Below are positions 63,991-64,000 of a stretch of DNA of 64,000 bases, piece after piece (within the stretch, counting starts at the first letter, position 1; each line of letters opens with the position of its first letter). The position numbers and the translations under genes are program-made. The stretch is from Okamejei kenojei (Eukaryota): contig CM069135.1 in NCBI GenBank assembly GCA_035221665.1, forward strand, positions 68,696,001 through 68,760,000, given 5' to 3'. The notes beneath the pieces were generated by a model. The model was given only the letters and a program-made list of their open reading frames with translations, was not told where the DNA came from and searched no databases.

Positions 63991-64000
63991 TCGGATGGAA

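Overview
Eukaryotic, repeat-dense genomic DNA. The repeat families present (HER1/CR1 LINEs, an HE1-type V-SINE, Neptune-type Penelope elements, Rex1/Babar) point to a cartilaginous fish, probably a skate or ray; this is an inference. Most ORFs in the track are transposon fragments or spurious. Host genes are visible only as minus-strand exons. One is a large first coding exon at 24162-24855 under a CpG-rich promoter with seven CRE motifs, with a phase-compatible exon at 2492-2647. Two phase-compatible exons of an upstream gene lie at 54891-55045 and 53525-53675. I could not name either gene. Between the genes is a ~19-kb stack of nested elements: a pol-less ERV (LTRs ~25938-26520 and 42140-45132) containing a Gmr1-type Gypsy element, a Nimb/I LINE, CR1, L1, a Harbinger-like MITE and a second PBS-gag unit. 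The most notable observations are: two Tx1 LINEs inserted at the same site of a Penelope GIY-YIG gene, each with its own TSD; short TSD-flanked, often palindromic Penelope derivatives carrying hammerhead-ribozyme cores; and a Penelope insertion that captured 82 bp of its own flanking DNA. The sequence at ~25.6-33.5 kb looks error-rich and there are three N gaps, so coordinates there are approximate.
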